A stretch of DNA of 64,000 bases from Vicugna vicugna (Eukaryota). A model generated the notes under the pieces. That model saw only the letters and a list, made by a program, of their open reading frames with translations, did not search any database and was not told the DNA's origin. Below, piece by piece: positions 57,683 through 64,000 of this stretch (positions within the stretch are counted from its first letter, which is position 1; every line of letters begins with the position of its first letter). The stretch covers positions 372,001 through 436,000 of the forward strand of contig MU058289.1 of NCBI GenBank assembly GCA_013265495.1, given 5' to 3'. The position numbers were made by a program, and so were the translations under genes.

Positions 57683-59844
57683 TCAGGTGGTGGAGGAAGA
57701 GGGCCTACAGGGAGAGGTCGAGACTCGAGATGGCCTCGAGGAGGAAGAGGAGGAGTAGAGGAAGGTGGAGCGAATGGTCCATCCTGGCGGGAGCTGGCTG
57801 GGCGAGTGGCCACGCATGTGCGTCTGCATAGAGGCCAGGCTCGGGCAGCCGGCCTGGCACAGAGGGCAGCGGTAGGGTGCGGCCCCGTGCGTCCGCAGGT
57901 GCTTGGTCATGGCCGAGAAGTCCCGGGAGCGCTGAGGACAGAGGCTACAGGAGAAGGGCTTCTCTCCTAGGGCAGGTGAAGAGTAAGGCCCGTGAAGGAA
58001 AGAAGAAGGGGGCAAAGGCTGGCCTAGGGGTAGGTTGGGGCTACTTGGCAAGGGAGTTGCACGGGAGCAAGGCATGCAGAGAGGGACTTAGGAGTGGGTC
58101 CACTGGAGTGAGGAAGGAGACACAATTCAAATGGGCAGGGCGCCCATACCTGTGTGGACACGGTAGTGCGTCTCCATCTGATGTTTGAGTGAAAATCTCT
58201 TCCCACAAACAGAACAAGAATAGGGCCGAGACCTAGCAGGAGGGGGCGGGGGAGGGTGTCGGCGAGATGGGTGGCCTGCTGTGCCCACATGACCCACACA
58301 GGTTGCAAGTTTACCTGTAGGGACAAAAGGGAAAGGAGGGCCGTGCTGGGAATCCAAGAGCCAGATTACTGGAACACCCAGGCAAGACCTCAGGGGCTAC
58401 AGTGGGGCTGAGGCAAAAGTGCCCTCACCCTACTCACTTGTGTGCCTCTGATCAGACTCTTCCATCTCCCCAGGGCTGAGCTGTGTGGGGCCCTGGGGGA
58501 GGGAACCTGGAGGGAGCAGAGTGAAGTAGGGGCCCTCCTCAGGCTGGACTCCTGGGCACTAGCCCCAGGCCTCCCCCCCCCTCCCCCGGCCAAGAGACCA
58601 TGTTACAGAGTGCATGCAGGGCAGTGAGGGGCTTACCTGGGGTGGGGCAGGAGGAGGCCAACTGGTTCTGGCTCCAGAGGCCTTTGTGGAGGTTTAGGGA
58701 CAATGGGATCCTGGGGGTGGGATGGGGAAGAGTTATAGCCTTGACAACACCTGGGATCCTGGCCCATCCCTTTCTGGGAAGGGTGGTGTCATGAGTCCTC
58801 ACGGGCTGGGCTTTAGCTTTCCCTGTGGTGGGAACTTCTTGTCCCACCTCAGGAAATGTACAGTAGAGATAAGCGATGTGATACCCTTCCGCCCAGCCCA
58901 TCACTGCTGCCTCTCCTGAGCCACTCCCTCCCAGCCAGAGGTCTTCCTTGAACTCACCTCTGTTCCTGAGGCCAGACCTCCTGCCAGGCTCCCGTGATGG
59001 GGGTGCTATGGGAGAAGGGAGTGCCATATCTGGGTGGCAACAGCAGGATGCTCCACAGGGCAGGCTGGCCCTCCCCTGACCAAGGGGCCTCAGCCCACCA
59101 GGGCCTAGGGGTGAGGCCGGTTTGGAGGGAACCTGGTGGGGGAAGGGGGCCAGGGAACTCCCGCAGGCTTTCCTCAGAGCCCCCTGGACTGTCCCTCACC
59201 CACGTGATCACTTCTTGCTTCCCACCTACTCCCCCATGGCTAATGGGGGATTGGTCGAATTTCTCCTCTGATCTCATCTGCTCCCCTTGACCCTCCCACA
59301 TTGCCTCTGCCATTTCAGGGCTCTCTCCTGGTGGCCTGTGCTCATGCAGTGTCTCCTGTTCTTTCCTGCCAGCTCTAACAAACTTCTCTGGTCTCTGCTT
59401 CTCTCCAAGGTCCCCCAGTCCTCTCTTAGAATCCTTTGTGGGCTTCTCTGGCTCCTCCTGTTGTTCCTTCAGCCCTGGGCCCAGCTCTTCTCTAGCCATG
59501 TCCCTTCGAGCCCTTCTGCATGCCTCTTCCAGAGACTGCACCCCCAACACTCTGGCTGCCTCCTCAAGGGGCCCCAGTTCCCCAGGTGGCAGCTCTAGAC
59601 TTTCCCCATAAACAAAGTGCAGGAGTTGGGCAAAGGTGGAAGGGCTGATGCCTTTCACCAGAGCCCAGCGGCCCCTGTGGCCCAACTGTTGGCTCACACC
59701 TGCCAGCACCAGGCTGTGTGCAGAGAACTCCTGGCTCCCCACGGTGATCAGGGTATCACATAGTGCTGGCCGGATCCTGGCTGCTAGCCGTACCAGCCGA
59801 TCAGAGCCATAAGGACTGGGCAGTCTTGTCAGGGACAGGGGCAT
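57683..59844 (-). CDS. ZBTB32: Zinc finger and BTB domain-containing protein 32 (FAZF/ROG/TZFP), 492 aa
   Basis: Exons 58958-59844, 58637-58710, 58438-58506, 58150-58314, 57683-57966 (1479 nt). [24 protein letters not shown]; three C2H2 fingers [39 protein letters not shown]-..YRCPLC..HMRGH. Confidence 0.97.
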
Positions 59845-59867
59845 TGTGCCTTTCCTGGGTACCAATC

Positions 59868-59933
59868 TCAGAAATTCTGAGGGAAAGGCCACAGTGTGGG
59901 GTCCATGGTGGAAAGGGGAGGGAGGAGCAGCAT
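59868..59933 (-). other. Upstream ORF in the ZBTB32 leader (21 aa; internal strong ATG at 59906)
   Basis: [21 protein letters not shown], within the exon that starts at the acceptor at 59943; second ATG in TCCACC-ATG-G context. Confidence 0.55.
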
Positions 59934-61031
59934 ATTCTCAAGCCTGTGGAAGTGAGGGGAGAAAGAGTGAGTTGATGGTTCTGGATCAGAGCCCTCTGTC
60001 CTGAATGGAGCAAATAAACTAACCCAAGAGAAGACCTGAGCTTATCCAGAATCATAACAGGGGTCGGGGATGGTGGGAGAATGGAAATTAGACCAAATTC
60101 AGGACTTAAAGAGCAAGAACCAGACAATTAAGAACTCTTATCAATTGGTGGGTTTAAGACTAATATAAATGTGTCCTGCCAGTTGGCAATGTCTGACTTA
60201 AAGGATAGCAGACACTGATACTGTTGCTTCTCCAGGATCCTCTGCAGGGAAAGACCTCTGAGCAGGCCAGGCTGTCCTCATTCCAGACAAAAAGGTCACA
60301 AAACCCAGTCATCCCTGGGAATTAGGGATGGAGCAAGACACAGCTTCACAGGCGAGTTTAGAAAACTAGTGTGTCCTCCCCCTGCAATCCCGTCATGTGG
60401 AGCTGAAGGTCCTGAGAGGAAGAAACGGCAGCAAAACAGGGGTTGTAGCTGCAGGAGGGCAGTCTCTAAGGCATCAATCGTCTCCCTGAGGCCGAAACTT
60501 CTAGAACGCATCTTCAGAGAAGGAACTGGAAGAGACCAAAGACTCCCATGCAGTGAGTTAAGAGAGCAGGTCAGAAGCCACAGGAGAGAAGGCTCCCCAC
60601 CCAGGGATGGAGAGACTTTGGAGAAGGCTTTGACCCCTGAGGAAGTGGGAGAATGGAAAAGAGGAACTATAGAGGAAGAGGCTATTTCCTCTCAAGATTA
60701 GGATAAGGAGATGGTTCAATTTTGTTTTTCATAAGCCAAAAGTGAAGACTAGAAAGACAGAACCCAACAACGCAGAAGTTTATCACACATCAAAACCACC
60801 ACATTGGCTTTTAAGAAGAGAACTGGGGAACCCAGATACAGAGACAGACCCAAGTGTCCCAGAGCCCGGCAGGCACATTCCTGGGTGTGGGCTCATGGCG
60901 AGTATGGACCCTGGAGGAAGTAGGATTACTACTTGGACACCTCAGGGAGAGGGCTGCAGGTTGGCAGGAAGTGGACAGAAAGAGGGGTGTAATGGGAGGA
61001 AAGTCTCAGGTGGGGAGAAGCAACCACTCAC

Positions 61032-61190
61032 CGATTGTAGCTTCCTCCTGGACACCGCATGCTCTGAACTGCTGTTGGGGCTCCTGGGGCCCCCCAGGGG
61101 CTAGCCCCGCCCCTGACCTCACAGTCTTCCATTGGGTGTCCCAAGTATCAGTCTGCCACACTCCCCCGAGGGGTGTGGTTTTATACCCCT
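61032..61190 (-). promoter_or_regulatory. Candidate ZBTB32 core promoter and non-coding first exon
   Basis: TATAAAA on - strand at 61185-61179 overlapping RUNX TGTGGTT (61174-61180); consensus donor CG|GTGAGT at 61032/61031. Confidence 0.5.
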
Positions 61191-62418
61191 GGCTCTGTTT
61201 CACCCCTCCAGGAGAGACCACTCCTCTACTTCCAGAACCCAGGCATTCTGCCTCCTAACCTCCTGTCTCATTTCACTTGTGAACTGTTAGAGGCAAAGAA
61301 GTGTATCTGAAGCAACAAAAACTTTGGAATAACCAGACCTGCATTTGAGTCTCATCTCTGCCATTTACTAGTGAAGTCACCTTGGGCAAGTCACCTCTCT
61401 GATCCTCAGTTACCTCAGCCATGAAATAGGGATAACCTCTGCTTACCTCATTTGGAGGAAGGGTGAAGATGAAATGACATGATGAATGTGAAAGTGGTTT
61501 CTCGGTACATGGCATCATTCAAATAGTTTAGTTCTGTTTCTTAGAGGTGTCAGTAGAGCTCTGACAAAAAAAGAAATCGAGTCTCTCAGAAGCAAAAAGG
61601 ACTGAAACATCTGGGTTCCCGGGAGAGAGTGAAGGAGGGCCAAAAGCATGCCTGCTCCTTCCTCTCCCTGCTCAGTACTAGGAAGCCTGCACTGCTCTGT
61701 GGGAATGACCCCTGTCATCTGGGGCACCAGTGGGGACTGGGTGTGTGACTCAGATCCTCCCTCAGGCTCTGAAGGGGGCAACCCCAGGAAGGGCCTGCGG
61801 TGGTCTTCGAAGAGAAAAACTCCTTTTCTAAGGTTGATGACAAATGACATTTCTCTGAAATTAGGACTCCGGGGTTTCTTTCACTTCCTGCCTAGGGGGT
61901 GAAGCTCCTCAGAGATTTCCCCTCTTTTCACACTTTAGCACTCCTTAACCTGGGGAAGAGGGGAGGGCTGAGAGACTCAAATTTCTTTTTTTCTGTTTCT
62001 TGCTATTTCATTATTCCTCATCCTATGGCAAATTTTTCATGATAAAGAACAAGTGTCAATAAATTGATTATGATAGTGCCTGGCATATCACATATGCCTG
62101 ATAAGTAACTGGGAGATGAACAAGTCAAGCACTGGCAGGCTGCTCCAGTGACAAGACAAGACACATTCTGGTTCCCCAAGGCTTCTAGTCCCCTCCTAGA
62201 CTCAAATACTCAAATGTCTCTAAACTCCTGTTTCACCTTTTGGGTCCAGGACCCCACAGTGTTCAGACCAGCCTTCTCTCTCTCCAGACCTAACATACCT
62301 TTCCTCTACCTCATTCTAGCTTGGGTGCAAGCAGATGTTAATCCTTCCTAGATCAGACTGGGTGTGCCAATGGGTGGGGCTGGTGGAGGGGCAATAATAG
62401 TGTGGGGAGAGGGGAAGA

Positions 62419-62447
62419 TGAGTCAGAGTGAAAGGGAAAATGCAAAT
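62419..62447. promoter_or_regulatory. Candidate lymphocyte enhancer module (AICE + ISRE + octamer)
   Basis: TGAGTCA-gagt-GAAA-gg-GAAA-ATGCAAAT read directly from the sequence. Confidence 0.6.
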
Positions 62448-64000
62448 GGGCAGGCTGTATTCATTTGCTACTCTGATCGTTAAATATTTTCCATTTCTGA
62501 GCTTTCTAACTCCTCACACCACCACACCCAGGGACTCATTAGCTACCCATATAAGACACTTGACTTGGACACAGAAGAGCTCCAATCCCTGACTCCTGCG
62601 TATACAGAGGGAAACATCCTTCCTCCAACACAGAAATCCACCCTCCCTGAGCATATGGAACAAGTAGGGGAAGACACAAGGGAGAAACCCCATGTGGGTA
62701 TAGGGGTCTGGAAGACTATTACGTCATCACCCACTGCAATGTGGTCCCTCACACCTCCCAGGCCTACATCGTGCGTCCATGACTCAGGTCGCCCACTGGA
62801 GGTTTGCCCATTGCTGATCAAAAGAGTTGGAGGCTGTGCTCAAAGGGCAGCATCCTCTTATCCAAATGCAGTTGACAAGGAGTGTCAGCGGGCTTTCAGG
62901 AAACCTAAAAGGGAGTAGAAGGGGCAAGGGGACTCCCCGTTCAGTGAACGAAAGCCCCCTAGAATGGGAAACCCCATCTTTCCTCCCGCTTGGTGTCTAC
63001 CCCTACCTAAGGATATCCCTTTAGAGACCGCCTCCTTAGAGGTATCTCTAGGGCCTTCTGCACGTTAGCCCTTCTTCCTACATTCTTGACTGCACAGCCC
63101 AAACCATCTGGCACTGAGCAGTGACAGCAGAAGCAGAAACAAATAGCACTTTGACTTGGAAGGACAGGGACACTGTTGACTGTTTCAATTCTTGAAAGGG
63201 CTCTCCTCCCCAGTCTCAGAAGCCTTGCCCGCCTTCTTCCCAGGCTGATTCAGTAGGAATTGCCTGTAGTTGTCTCCCAGGTGTGGGGCCAGGAAAGCAC
63301 AGATTATGAGGACACAAGCCTGCATTCTGGGAGAGGGTAGAGTGGGTAGGAGAGATAAGGTGGGATATAATTGGAAGAGAAATATATGGGAAAGTAGGTG
63401 TGATTTTTGCCTCAGTCCTTTCTAATTCTCGTATTACTTAATAACATTTGAAATCTGATTTTTTTATTCTTACTAATGGACTTGACCTGCCTTCAGGCAC
63501 AACCCAGCTTGATGTAAAAATGTCAACACAGCAATATAAGTATAGATTCTCTTTAAATATTATAATTAAAACTAAATCATCAGAATATGCCAGTTAGAGG
63601 GATGCTTGTTTTACAAAAAAATTCTCCCTTTATCTCATGTATAAATATTGAGTAACCCCAAATATTGAGTACCCCAAAGCCAAGCTAAACAAGATTCAAT
63701 TTAGAAAAGTTCTATGAACTCTCCACTCTTCCAGAACACACATCGCTTTCTGCAAACTAGTTAAATTCTCCACAGCATTTTATATAGATTAAGAGCAATT
63801 ATCCAAATTTTATATGAACTTTCAAATAGTCACTCTTTTTAGTTAAGTACATCCAACACATGCCAGAGAAGAGACAACACAGGGTGAATTAGTTTCTTTC
63901 TGAAACATAATTTAAGTCTGTGTTCTACGCAACACAAGATCCAGATATAGTAATAGGCAGGTGAGCTGAATCTATGTCACAAACACCCTATCAGCACACC

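Overview
Gene-dense, GC-rich mammalian genomic DNA with no prokaryotic systems. Gene order is the reverse complement of the block I recognise from human 19q13.12: ARHGAP33 (5' 15 coding exons, runs off the left edge, -), PROSER3 (-), HSPB6 (+), LIN37 (-), PSENEN (-), U2AF1L4 (+), IGFLR1 (+), KMT2B (37 exons, -) and ZBTB32 (-). I placed every coding exon by hand using GT-AG boundaries and checked phase; all eight complete genes give intact frames. Young tRNA-derived SINEs and L1 3' ends look camelid/cetartiodactyl (inference, not searched). I found no wholly new system. The best leads are regulatory: a strong-Kozak uORF in frame with ARHGAP33 and separated from it by a single TGA; a compact AICE+ISRE+octamer module, an EICE and a TATA promoter upstream of ZBTB32, plus a ZBTB32 uORF; an apparent lineage-specific stop in PROSER3 with a fossil coding tail; a stop-free 99-nt PROSER3 intron; a 79-codon in-frame LIN37 leader; a candidate intronic polyA site in ARHGAP33; a candidate recursive-splice exon in KMT2B; and multilayer nested transposons with readable TSDs. 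Comparisons to human or mouse proteins and repeat family names come from memory and need checking by alignment or RepeatMasker.
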